Origin: a virus | Taxonomy: Duplodnaviria > Caudoviricetes | Strand: one strand, 5' to 3' | Virus record (IMG/VR): IMGVR_UViG_3300037247_000395 | Location: 1-58,914 of that record | Length of the DNA stretch: 58,914 nt | Shown here: piece by piece, positions 48,969 through 58,914 of the stretch | Numbering within the stretch: position 1 is the stretch's first letter | How the letters are laid out: every line of letters begins with the position of its first letter | Translations under genes and position numbers: made by a program | Notes under the pieces: model-generated | What the model was told of the DNA's origin: nothing | What the model saw: only the letters and a program-made list of their open reading frames with translations | Databases searched by the model: none

Positions 48969-51624
48969 AACCGGACATTCGAGAACTAGCGCGAGCCAAC
49001 AAGGTGATGGTTGACGCCGACCGTGGCGATTGCGAGCGCTTTCGAGTTCGTGGTTTCCTCGGCACCTTCTACCAGTCCATGTCGAGGGAGGAAGTCCGCG
49101 AGGTTATAGCGGCGATAGAGTGCGACTGCCGGGGGTGCTGCCGATGACCAACCGTATCAACGAGGATCGAGCCCAGGCCGTGCGCGAGCTGCTAGAGAAG
49201 CGCTTATGGGTGGGCCGAGACGATAGGCGCTGGGATAGCTACAGCGCCGAGAGAATGATCCGAGAGGCCCAGGAGGAGATGGCAGACGCGATGCTCTACC
49301 TCGAAGTCCTGAAGGACAAGTTGCGATGACGGACAAGCCTGACCAAACCGCCCTAGAGGCCGTGAGGGCGCTGGGGGAGCTGGCAAGCCCGAGGCCGTGG
49401 CCAGCCATACGGGAACGCTCTAGGCGCGGGACAGCAGACAGGGCCTACGCCGCCCTGGCCGTGAACAGCATCGACGCGGCGGTGGAGGCGTTGGAGTGGA
49501 TCGAAAGCAACTGCCGGTGGGGCCATGAGTCCATTAATGAGGCCTGGGACGATCTTCATACGATTGTTGCGATAGCCCGCGAAGTCCTTGCCGCCATCAA
49601 GGACGCCGCGCAGGAGGCGACGTGATGGACGCGAAGATGGTTCATCTCTCCACTGCTCAGGATGTGCTACGGGCCGCCAACAGGCGCATCGCCGAGCTGG
49701 AGGGGGTACTGAAGTACGCACTAGAGCACCTAGGCCCGCCTAGGGGCCATGTTGGGTGCTCTTGTACTGCGTGTATCGAGTGGAATGAGTTCAAGCACCG
49801 CGCCGCCCTGAGAGGAGAGTGAACGATGGCTGCCCACCCTATCGAGGAAGCGTACGCGGCGCTATGCCAAGAGGGCCAGGATATTGCCCTGGGTGGAGTG
49901 TGGCCTCCGCCAACACCCGACAGCTTTGAGCAGAAGGCCCGCGCCCTGGCCTTGGCGGTGCTGGAGGAGGTGGAGGGGATGGCGGCTGGATTTGCCAGCG
50001 CCGAGGTCAACGAGGTGTTTGTGGAGGACTCAATCGTGCCGCTCCGCGCCGAGATCGAGAGGCTTGGACGTGAACGGGTTTCCTAAGGCTGGCTGGGGGA
50101 GCTGGGCGCAGTGGAGGCGGCGACACCTAGAAGCATACCGGCAGGGCCGAAGTCGGTTCGTTGCGGATTGCCGCCCTGACCACCGCCATGTACTCTTCTG
50201 CGAACTCTGCGACGTAGCGACGGACGAATGGGCTGATAGGCATAACCCATATCGCAGCAAAGAGGCAGAAAATCGAAGCAGGTATGAGACGATCAGCCAA
50301 ATCACACATGCAACGGCCAGCCGATGACCTGCCCGCCCCACCGCTGGATACTCAAAGCCCCCAACGGCCCGATTGTGCCGGGTATATGCCGGCGCTGCGG
50401 GGAACGCAGGAAGTGGCCGGCCTCACCCCTGTCAGGTGTTCTCGGCAAAGGAAAAGGGAAGGGCGCCGGCTGGATCAGGGCCGCCAAGGCGCGGCTAGCA
50501 GCAAAGGAGAAGGTGTGAGAAGTCTGATCCGGTGGACAAGCGGTAGGACGCTGGTGCTTGGGCGGCAACATAGAATGCGCCGATGGTTGTTAGTTGACAC
50601 TTCGTTTGGGCCGGTCACGAAACTCTCGTTTATCTGGTACCGGCCGCTTGGTGTCACGCTGTCTGCCCTGATCGTGGGGAGGAGAATCAGCTATGTGCGC
50701 GACTAGCATGACCGCCACAGACCGAGCCCGCGCCCTGCTGCTGGCGGCGACGATACCGAAAGGATCAAGTGATCCGCAACAGTGGCGGGACTGGGCCAAG
50801 GCCAATCAGGAGCTAAACCGCCTCGGCTTCAACAAGCCCGCCACCCTGGCCGTGGCAGCTCAAGGCTTCGAGGCGCTGTACGTCGCGCATGACTTCTGCT
50901 GTGACTTCGAGGACGACCAGCCCTGCACCACGGAGAACTGCCAGGTGCAGAAGGCCCTCGCCGCCTGGGAGGCGCTTTTCAAGAAGGAGGAAACCAATGT
51001 GTGAGCAACAGCCCAAGTTTAAGGAAGGGGCGAAGGCCGAGCACCGGATCAGTGAAGATGTCTGGGAGCGAGTGGCCATTCTCTCGCTACCGCTCCGCCA
51101 TGCGGACCCACGCATTACGGTGGGCAACCTCTATCTCGTTGGCGACGGCAAGGTGCGGTTCCTCACGAATGAAAACAACCTCCGCCCCGTCGAGCGCTGG
51201 GTGAAATGCGACGGCAAGCACCGCTTTGCAGACCGGCCGGAGGGGGGGCAGCCGACCAACATGGAGCGGCTGGTGGAATGAGCTGTACGATCTGTGGGCG
51301 TTTCGTGCCCTACGATTCTGATTCCGCAACGGACTTTGGCGACAGCTCCGATTATGAGCCGCCGGACCCGCGTTTCTACTACGCCACCTGTGCTGAAGCT
51401 GAGGAGCGGCGGGCGATTGAGACTGGCAGGTGTTGCCGTATCACTGGATACCGGCTGCCTGGGAGCGACGAGCGGCGAAGGCGCTGGGCTATGTGCGAGC
51501 GGGACCGAAGTCGGCAGCCTGGGGGCACTGGTACGCGCCGGACAAGCTGCCGGAGGGCTATGTTGTCCACGAAACACAACGGCCCAGCAACCGCAGGGTT
51601 GACAGGCCGAAGGCGGAACAGTAA
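48965..51624 (+). other. Run of small hypothetical genes
   Basis: Consecutive overlapping + strand ORFs of about 60-100 aa. Confidence 0.5.
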
Positions 51625-51627
51625 GAT
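51599..51627 (+). promoter_or_regulatory. Sigma70-type promoter
   Basis: TTGACA-17 nt-TAAGAT. Confidence 0.8.
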
Positions 51628-51633
51628 GTCCCT

Positions 51634-51980
51634 AAGATGCGTTACCCAGATTATAGCACACTGGCCGTTCTGGCGTACGCCTCTTCGAGAGGACAAGGCC
51701 ACCTCTATAAAAACTGACCCGTACCCGGAGGGAAGACCTGGGAGCGCGGGCGACGTAACCCCAGGAACGGGGAGCCGAAAGGCTATGCGCCGGCCACCAG
51801 CGTCATTGGGCCGCTGTGAACAAAGCGCGGTGCGGGAGGGGTTGGGCCACGGCCCGCACCCGCCGACAGAGGGAAGCTCCAGGTTCCATAGTCCCGACTG
51901 CTACCCTGGAGTTGGCCTTATCGGTGTCATGCCGGGATCTAAGATGGGGCAGGGCAACCTGCCGATGGCCCCCCGCGCCC
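51634..51980 (+). ncRNA. ~350-nt structured RNA/leader of unknown class
   Basis: Consecutive stems including GAAA- and GCAA-capped hairpins directly after the promoter. Confidence 0.6.
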
Positions 51981-51992
51981 TGAAAGGAGACG

Positions 51993-52085
51993 ATGATGGA
52001 TAGGTACTATGTGGGAGTCTTACTCGGATTCTTGGTGACGTTCGTTGTGATGTACGCCTACGACTTGTTGTGGGGGCTAACGTAG
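51993..52085 (+). CDS. 30-aa hydrophobic peptide
   Basis: RBS aaaggag; MMDRYYVGVLLGFLVTFVVMYAYDLLWGLT. Confidence 0.6.
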   Translation: MMDRYYVGVLLGFLVTFVVMYAYDLLWGLT

Positions 52086-52339
52086 ATGGCCCGGAAAGGT
52101 AAGTGGAAAATGGCTGCGACCCCCATCAGGGAGGCCCGGAGGTTCTGCCAGTGCGGCCACCACCTGATAAGCGGCGATGGAGCCTGCCTGTCATGTCCTA
52201 TTACAAGTGCAGGCCAGTCAGCGTGTACCCGGTTCGCCGAGGGCGCGGAGTAAGTGGGGGTACGGGGGCTCGCTGTCCCCGTCTCACCACCCTGGTAAAT
52301 CCTGCGAGGCCCTGAAGTGAAGCGAAAGGAGCGCGTGAC

Positions 52340-52618
52340 ATGAAGTGGTTTGTAAGTAGCAAGAACATTGACGAGATAGTCGAGGCGGCTGATCGATGGG
52401 AAGCCTTCGATACTTTACGCAATCGTCCTGCTGACGATTTCGGCCTCATCGTCGAGGTTCAGCCCGTTCGGGAGACTCAGGAAGAGGCAGTAGCGATTCG
52501 CACGTCAGCCCTCTTTGGTAAGCGGTGGGGCAGACCGCAGATAGCGGAGCGCTTCATTGCTGCGGCGGTTGCCCAAGGATTAGGGGATACGACTGAAGAA
52601 GACTTGTGCCAAGGGTGA
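52340..52618 (+). CDS. Hypothetical protein
   Basis: RBS aaaggag. Confidence 0.6.
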   Translation: MKWFVSSKNIDEIVEAADRWEAFDTLRNRPADDFGLIVEVQPVRETQEEAVAIRTSALFGKRWGRPQIAERFIAAAVAQGLGDTTEEDLCQG

Positions 52619-52663
52619 TCTCTGCCCAATCCGGATTGGTTCTTCAGGGAGAGGAGTGACGCG

Positions 52664-52945
52664 ATGGACAAAGTACACACGGTGCATGAGTTGAAGACAT
52701 GGCGTGCCCCGTTCAGGATGATCGTACGCGGCCACAAGCGTGCGGAACTGCGCTGGAATGATCGTGGCTTCAAGGCGTGGGACTACATGCTCCTGCAAGA
52801 GTGGGACGAGGGGAAAAACACCTACACCGAGAGCGCCGTCATGTGCCAAATCACCCATGTTGTGGGCGCGGCCACGGACTTTGGGGCTCTAGCCGATGGC
52901 TTCGTGATGCTCTCGTTCAATGTGCTGGAAACAAACACCAGCTGA
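52664..52945 (+). CDS. DUF3850/ASCH (PUA-like) domain protein
   Basis: 'HELKTW...F...G.K..ELR.NDR.F..D...LQEW'. Confidence 0.85.
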   Translation: MDKVHTVHELKTWRAPFRMIVRGHKRAELRWNDRGFKAWDYMLLQEWDEGKNTYTESAVMCQITHVVGAATDFGALADGFVMLSFNVLETNTS

Positions 52946-53566
52946 GCCCCTAGCGGTTCCGGCAGTAAGGAGTGAAGCGATGGCTAACGTAACCTGCGGC
53001 CTGTGTGGCGGTGACTTCAAGGAATGCAACACGGCTGGGGCCTTCCAGGCAGCAATGGAGAACGCGGCGAGGCCGGCAGGGATCACTATCCAGCACGGTG
53101 ATCTGCTCTGGCGTGTCGGCCTGGCCGCCTGGGAGGCCGCTGTGGAACACGCCATGGGCGGCCCGCCTAAGGAGGAACGCGATGACTGACGAATCTGCCA
53201 ACCCTGTCCAGGAAGCGTGGGAGCGGCTTGAGGCTGAATTGCTTGAGCTGATGGACGGGCAGGGGTCGTCTATTGACGCCGAGGATGCTGCCCGCGCCCT
53301 GGCTCTGGCCTCAGCGAAGGCGATGCTGCCACCACGAAGCCATCGTGGCGCTAAGACGGGGATCGAGCGCCGCTACTTGGCCCTCCGCGCCCAGATCGAG
53401 GGGCTGGGTCGGTGAAGCCGCCTAAGTGCCGAGAGTTGCAGCACGATCCGCTCAAGGAGTGCGTCAAGCCTGCCGGCCACCCGCCGCCGCACGAGTTCGT
53501 TAGGATACGCCCATGGGCCGGCAACTCGGCATCGACTGAGACGCGCTACCACCTGGGAGAGCGTCG

Positions 53567-53890
53567 GTGATCACCTGCCGTGACTGCGGCAAGAAGCGCC
53601 TCGTCTGGGTGACGACAGACAACGGGGAGGACGTGCTCTATGAGCTGGGGGCGCCGCACTTCGTCCACTGCCCGGCCACGCGGAAGAACGGGGCGAAGGC
53701 CCCGCGACAGCCCCGAAAGTCCGGCGACAGCCCGGCGACGGAGGCGCACGAGCTGGCCGTGGCTGGGCTCATGGCCTTGCGGTACAAGGTGACGGAGGCG
53801 CGGGACATGCTCAAGGACATACCAGAAGGCGAACCGGCCGAGATGGTGAAGCGCGCCCTACAGAAGATGGGCGCCGATGCGCCTTCTTGA
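53567..53890 (+). CDS. Zn-finger protein with RuvA C-terminal-like domain
   Basis: CxxC...HxxxC; 'AVAGLMALRYK..EA..ML.......EMVKRALQ'. Confidence 0.6.
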   Translation: MITCRDCGKKRLVWVTTDNGEDVLYELGAPHFVHCPATRKNGAKAPRQPRKSGDSPATEAHELAVAGLMALRYKVTEARDMLKDIPEGEPAEMVKRALQKMGADAPS

Positions 53891-54496
53891 TCTGTTCTGT
53901 GGCGCTGGTGGGGCAGGGATGGGCTACCACCGTGCGGGCTTCGAGGTGGTGGGCGTCGATCATGTTGCCCAGCCGCGGTATCCCTTCGAGTTCCACCAGG
54001 CCGACGCCATGACGTACTCGCTGGAAGGCTTCGACGTGATCCACGCGAGCCCGCCATGCCAGGCGTACTCGTCACTGAGGGCTCTAGCGCCTCGGAAGCT
54101 ATACCCGGACCTGCTTGCGCCCACCAGGGATCGCCTGGGCGCCACAGCGATGACGTGGGTTATCGAGAACGTGCCTGGAGCCCCGCTGCACCATTGGTTC
54201 TTTCTCTGCGGCGGGATGTTCGGCCTTCGGACCTACCGGCACCGCCGCTTCGAGAGTTCGGTGATGCTCATGCAACCCCACCACCCGCAGCATGTGGCCC
54301 TCACCAGCACCAAGAAGCGCAGGCGGGACTTCGACGCGGGGATGCACATCAGTATCACGGGTGACGTGGGCTCATGGCTAGGTCCAGCCTGCATGGGCAT
54401 CGACTGGATGACGGGCAACGAGCTATCCCAGGCCATCCCGCCAGCCTACACGGAACTGATCGGACGCGCCCTCATGGCCGCCCTACAGAAGATGGG
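53854..54496 (+). repeat. 18-bp direct repeats flanking the C5 methyltransferase
   Basis: CGCCCTACAGAAGATGGG at 53854-53871 and 54479-54496. Confidence 0.9.
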
Positions 54497-54506
54497 AGAG
54501 GACTGA
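53877..54506 (+). CDS. Short C5-cytosine DNA methyltransferase
   Basis: 'LDLFCGAGG', 'HASPPCQ', 'IENV', 'RHRRFE', 'AIPPAY'. Confidence 0.9.
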   Translation: MRLLDLFCGAGGAGMGYHRAGFEVVGVDHVAQPRYPFEFHQADAMTYSLEGFDVIHASPPCQAYSSLRALAPRKLYPDLLAPTRDRLGATAMTWVIENVPGAPLHHWFFLCGGMFGLRTYRHRRFESSVMLMQPHHPQHVALTSTKKRRRDFDAGMHISITGDVGSWLGPACMGIDWMTGNELSQAIPPAYTELIGRALMAALQKMGED

Positions 54507-55397
54507 TGCGAAAGCTAGAGACGACGAAAGAGGAGCGGGCAGAATCGCTACGGCTACTAGAGGCACTGCCCAACCTGGGCTATTGTGTGGAGCCGGACTT
54601 TACCGCCCGTGTCATCCGCGACGTGGACACGGCGGTGGCGCTGCTACAGGACGGGGTGCTCTCGCTGGACCCCAACGAAGAGACGGCGTGGGCCAAGGCG
54701 GTTCGTGAGCTATTGCAAGATCCGCCCAGACGGGCGGGCGCCGGCCCGCAAGCGGCCTCCGCCCAGGCCGACGCTGGCGTTACCGTCAGTGTTGCACCGG
54801 GTAAGGCCAAGGTGGATGGCGTAGAGGTAGAGGAAGCGCCACCGCCCGTCGCGGCGACATGCCGGGACTGCGGCTGGAAGTTCAAGGAGCGCGCTGATCC
54901 GCCGTATTCCTGGCTGGTCGTTAGCTGCGAACCCGAACACCATTTGCTGCGTCTCTTCCATGGTTCGTTGGGCTCAGGTGCCCCAGGCGTGCCGGTCGCC
55001 TCTGTCGCCATCGACAAGGTGGCATCATGAGCATCACAGGCTGGCTGTTCCGCCTCGCTCGCCTAAGCGCCGACGTGGGGGCCCTGAAGTCGGGGAAGCC
55101 CAAACGCATCACCCGAAGGGTGAAGAACAAACTCACAGGCCGCGTGCTCAGCCGGACAGGCTTCTGGGCAAGGCTCTGGAAATGAAGATCGCGCATGGCT
55201 AGAAAGAACAAGATGCATCCCGCGACATGGCCCTGCCACGATTGCGAGGAGAACATACTTGAGCCGCCTCTGTTCTGTGTACCAGCAACATCAGCGGAGC
55301 TCAACGCACTGGCTCAGGGCCTACACATACCGTTGTCGCGTCTATGCTATCGCTGTTGGGCCAAACGAACGCATCCGGTGTAGTGAAAGGAGATCTC

Positions 55398-55586
55398 ATG
55401 GCCAAGAAGAGCGAGCATAATCAGGTGACGATCAAGCTGGACCCCGAGGACTACAAGAGCCTCTGCAAGTTCGCCGAGGATGGCGACCGGAGCACGTCGG
55501 CTCAGGGCCGGCGCATGTTGAGGCGGGCCATCGAGGAACGGCGAGCGGCAGAGCCAGCTCTGCCGGAGGGCGACGCGGCGCCTTGA
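55398..55586 (+). CDS. Ribbon-helix-helix (Arc-like) regulator
   Basis: RBS aaaggag; 'VTIKLDPEDYKSL.KFA....RS.SAQ.R.ML'. Confidence 0.75.
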   Translation: MAKKSEHNQVTIKLDPEDYKSLCKFAEDGDRSTSAQGRRMLRRAIEERRAAEPALPEGDAAP

Positions 55587-56008
55587 CAGAGAAGTCCGCC
55601 AAGAAGGGAGAAGGAGAGAGATGCCGAAACCGAAGAAGCCGCTAATTCACCATCGTAACAGAGGGGTTCAATTCACAGCCTGTGGAATGGACACGCAAGG
55701 AGAAGCACGGGAAGCAAGGCGATCCCCTAGGCGCATTAAGGCGACGTGTCCGGCGTGTGTCGCCGTTTTGCAGGCCAGGGGGCTTCTGGGCTAGCGCTCG
55801 TGCCTCACGTCGTCCAGCAGTCGCGTCAGCGCCTCATCGACGGCGCGACAGGTACAGAAGGCTGGATGCACCCCACAGTGGCAGACCACCATCGCCTTGA
55901 GGACGATCACGGGCCGGCCGCATTTGCAGAACTGGTCTGGCTTCATGCTCACGCTCCCTTCTATGTCTGTTATCGGCCAGTGGGGTAGCATTCTGAAGGG
56001 GAGTCGCC

Positions 56009-56037
56009 TTGACAGCTCTCATATCTAGGAGTAGCCT
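56009..56037 (+). promoter_or_regulatory. Sigma70-type promoter (leaderless ORF 56044-56223; may run on into HNH/terminase genes)
   Basis: TTGACA-17 nt-TAGCCT, GTG 6 nt downstream. Confidence 0.65.
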
Positions 56038-56043
56038 GTAGGC

Positions 56044-57681
56044 GTGATGAATCGGTTCACATACCGCCTCTGCCACCAGCACGACACCTATTACGTGGTG
56101 GAATGTCCGGCGTGCTTCCTCGCATACTTCAGGCAGCGGGAACGTCAGACGGGCGAGGCCGAAATCGTGCCGCTACAGCATGTCGCCTACCTGGCTAGTA
56201 CGAGCTACCCCGTGGTGCCGTGATGGTGAGGGTGAAGCGCCCCAGGCACACTCAATACGAACGCAACGGCCTATCACCCGAGGAGACTCTGGCGGCGGTT
56301 GTCGTCAAGGGTGGCCTACGAGCGTGGGGCTCGAGGTACGCCCTATCGCCGAATGGCCGGTGGTGGCTGGGCATCATGGGGCTAGAGCCACATGCAGTTC
56401 GAGATCAGGCCGTGCGGGAGCGGCAAGAGAAAGCCGCGTTGATGGAGGTTTCATGAGGGATGATGATGCGCTTTGCGAACAGCGTGCCCGTGAGGCGCCA
56501 GCTGCGTTGCGTGACTACTGGAAACTAGAGGGGTGGACGCCGTTCAGCCCTGAGCAGTTCTATGTTACTTGGGGCGGGCTCTGGCGATACGCCGCGTCGC
56601 TACTGATCTGCGAGTTCCTGGGCCACAAGTGGAGCGACTCGGGTTACTGCCTGAGCGGCGAACCTAGCGATTACCGCGACTGTGAGCGCTGCAACAGGAA
56701 TGAGGTGCTAAGGGAGGCTCAATGACGAACAGCAAGCAGGAGGAAAGCGTATGAAAGAGTTACTAAAGCGTCTATTCGGACGTAGCGAGCGTTGCCCGAA
56801 GGCCAGGCTTGCTGCTGAAAGCATGTGGCGAGAACTCCAAGGGGAGAACGATACCGAGATCGCGGCTATCATCGTTGGTTCAGATGGCACATGGGGAACG
56901 CCCATAGATATGCCGCCGCCTGGTGCCGGTAGGGATGAGCTGATGGCGGAGCTCACCGCTATCAGGGTTGCGGGGCATTAGCCGTGCCTGAGAAGCCCCT
57001 AAAGCACTATACCTATTTCGCCCGGAACGAGCAGGGCCAGGTCCAGCAGCTTCCGATCTCAGGCTGGGGGCCGACACCCCCAACACCCGAGATGGTCGAG
57101 CAGATGTACCAGGCGATGTGTCAGCAGGCGGCCGCGAAAGGGAACTTTAACGTGCCGCGCCCTACGCACGTCAAGGTGGACGTGCTGCACGAGCTTCCGC
57201 CGGCGAAGGACGCACCGAAGCACCCCCTGATCGTCGTCCCGCGTGGCCGGAACGGGGCGAAGTGATGGCTGACTCCGAAGACATGAGTCGCTTCGTGAGT
57301 GACCAAGAGATTGAACTGACGCCAGAGGCCGTAGAGAACCTGTTCGTGGATGGTCGTAGGGTCACGCTGGCCGGCACCTTCGACGACACGCCACCCACCC
57401 GGCAAGAGCGCATCCGCCGGTACTACACTGGCTGGGCCAAGGCCCGGAGGAACTAGGAGGAAGTGATGCGGTGTGAGGTGCGAGATGGCGCTACCACCGT
57501 GGCCCAATGGCGCGACGGGGACATCAGGCCGGGGCTGACGGTAAAGCCCCTGGTGTGGCCTATCGTCATGGTGGGTGACTTCCCCTACCAAGTGAAGGCC
57601 GAGAAGCTCGTCTACTATGAGGACGGTGAGGCGATATTCGACATGGGCCGCGAGACGACTATCACGCTGGGGGGGCGATGA
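56044..57681 (+). other. Run of small hypothetical genes
   Basis: Coupled + strand ORFs (56220-56456, 56751-56981, 56984-57265, 57262-57456, 57463-57681). Confidence 0.5.
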
Positions 57682-58046
57682 CTCAGCCCGTCCGTCTTTG
57701 CCCGACGCCGCGCTGCCCGAACCTACAGCGATGCGCTGACCACCCGCGCATACCGTTCGCCAACGCGAGGCGGTCCACCACTCTCTACAGCACGGCACGC
57801 TGGAAGCACGAGTCCCGGGCGTTCCTGATAGCCAACCCATTCTGCGTGGAGCGGCAATGGGGCACATTCGTGTCGCCGGAATGTGGCGCCGTGGCCACCG
57901 TGGTCGACCACCGCATACCCCACCGAGGTAACGAGGCGGCGTTCTGGGATCGCGGCAACTGGGCTGCCCTTTGTAAGCCACACCATCAGGCGAAGACGGG
58001 GCGGGAGGTACGCTACCGCAAAGGAGGGCTGAAACGGGTGCGCTGA
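57678..58046 (+). CDS. Terminase-associated HNH endonuclease (HK97 gp74-like)
   Basis: 'NPFC...ATVVDHRIPHRG...FWD..NW..LCKPHH..KT'. Confidence 0.9.
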   Translation: MTQPVRLCPTPRCPNLQRCADHPRIPFANARRSTTLYSTARWKHESRAFLIANPFCVERQWGTFVSPECGAVATVVDHRIPHRGNEAAFWDRGNWAALCKPHHQAKTGREVRYRKGGLKRVR

Positions 58047-58062
58047 AGGCGTTAACACACCA

Positions 58063-58878
58063 ATGACTGCACCAACTATGGCCCCACTAATGCACGAGCT
58101 CACCTGCAAGGGGTGTAGCAAGGCGTTCGACGCTGAGCGCCGAAGGGCGTACTGCGTTCCCGATTGTCGCCTAGGACAATACGATGCTTGCTTGGACTGT
58201 GGTACGCGGATTACCAGGGTTCACTCGAACAACAAGGGGCGATGTAAGGCGTGTGCGGGGTATGGCCCCCGGCAATCCCGCGCCTGCCGTCGGTGTGGGG
58301 CGATATTCATGAGGCGTGGTCATGCCCGGCAAGGGTATTGCTCGCGCGCTTGCGTCGGGATACCAGAGGGTCAGCGGGCTAATCGCGGGAAGCGCCGGGA
58401 TATGCCAATCGACAAGATCGGCGCGCGGGACAACTGGCGTTGCCACCTATGCAAGAAGAAGGTTGTTAGGCGGCAGGCCAGCGTGGATCACCTGATACCA
58501 TTCGCTATGGGTGGGTCCGACAACGAGACGAATCTAGCGCTCGCGCATAAGCGCTGCAACTTCTCTCGTGGTGCCGGTCGCCTTCCAGCCCAACTACGGC
58601 TGGGTGCCACGGATGTGAAAGTGATGATGATCGCGATATGCCGCTACTGCGGAGAGGGGTTCACGAAGGCAGGTCGGCGAGGCTACTGTGACGCTGAGTG
58701 CGCACGGGCAGCCCAGCGCGTGGCGAGTCGGAGCGCCCAGCACGCAAGCTATGCGCTAGTGATGGCCATCCACCGATGGGAGCGCAGGGCGAAGGGCGGG
58801 AGTCGTACATGGTGGCGGAATGTGACGACAGAGGGATGGGCAAGGGCAAAGGGCGGCTTCTCGCGGGCCTCGGCATGA
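58063..58878 (+). CDS. HNH endonuclease with multiple Zn-finger repeats
   Basis: 'RDNWRCHLC...SVDHLIP...GG.D...NL..AH..CN'; repeated CxxC...YC..xC. Confidence 0.88.
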   Translation: MTAPTMAPLMHELTCKGCSKAFDAERRRAYCVPDCRLGQYDACLDCGTRITRVHSNNKGRCKACAGYGPRQSRACRRCGAIFMRRGHARQGYCSRACVGIPEGQRANRGKRRDMPIDKIGARDNWRCHLCKKKVVRRQASVDHLIPFAMGGSDNETNLALAHKRCNFSRGAGRLPAQLRLGATDVKVMMIAICRYCGEGFTKAGRRGYCDAECARAAQRVASRSAQHASYALVMAIHRWERRAKGGSRTWWRNVTTEGWARAKGGFSRASA

Positions 58879-58914
58879 ATTCTCAGAATTTTGACGCCGC
58901 CGAAGCTTTGGAAT

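Larger units (their letters stand above)
1..58914 (+). mobile_element. Tailed dsDNA bacteriophage genome (siphovirus-like, HK97-type head module), probably near-complete
   Basis: Canonical order terminase-portal-protease-capsid-tail-tape measure-lysis-small early genes-HNH; HNH genes at the right end would adjoin TerS at the left end on circularisation; no host housekeeping genes. Confidence 0.95.

Noticed and set aside
51861-51926. RNase P RNA-like words (GAGGGAAGCTCC...GGCCTTATCGG)
   Set aside because: The segments pair locally as one hairpin and the rest of the RNase P core is not evident.
51206-52003. 265-aa ORF
   Set aside because: Non-protein-like composition, and it runs across a clear promoter and a structured RNA region.

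Overview
The window looks like a near-complete or complete ~58.9 kb GC-rich siphovirus-type phage genome, opened just before the terminase genes, with almost all genes on the + strand. Gene order is TerS/TerL, HK97-type portal, an inserted four-tRNA cluster and MT-A70 methyltransferase cassette, ClpP-type protease, major capsid, and head-tail and tail genes (tail chaperone with a -1 frameshift, tape measure, LamG proteins). A Thr-rich collagen-like protein next to a methyltransferase-GT2-TPR enzyme, a lysis module with a split amidase, and a long region of small genes follow. That region includes RHH regulators, a Sak/Rad52-like annealase, two more DNA methyltransferases, DUF5131, VRR-NUC and HNH nucleases. 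I recognised no integrase, polymerase, helicase/primase or replication initiator. The most striking feature is a LAGLIDADG homing endonuclease with its own leaderless promoter, inserted antisense inside the N4/N6 DNA methyltransferase gene with no intein or intron signature, while the methyltransferase frame stays open across it. Several highly structured non-coding regions are also present. All calls come from motif recognition by eye; no searches were run, and the host is unknown.
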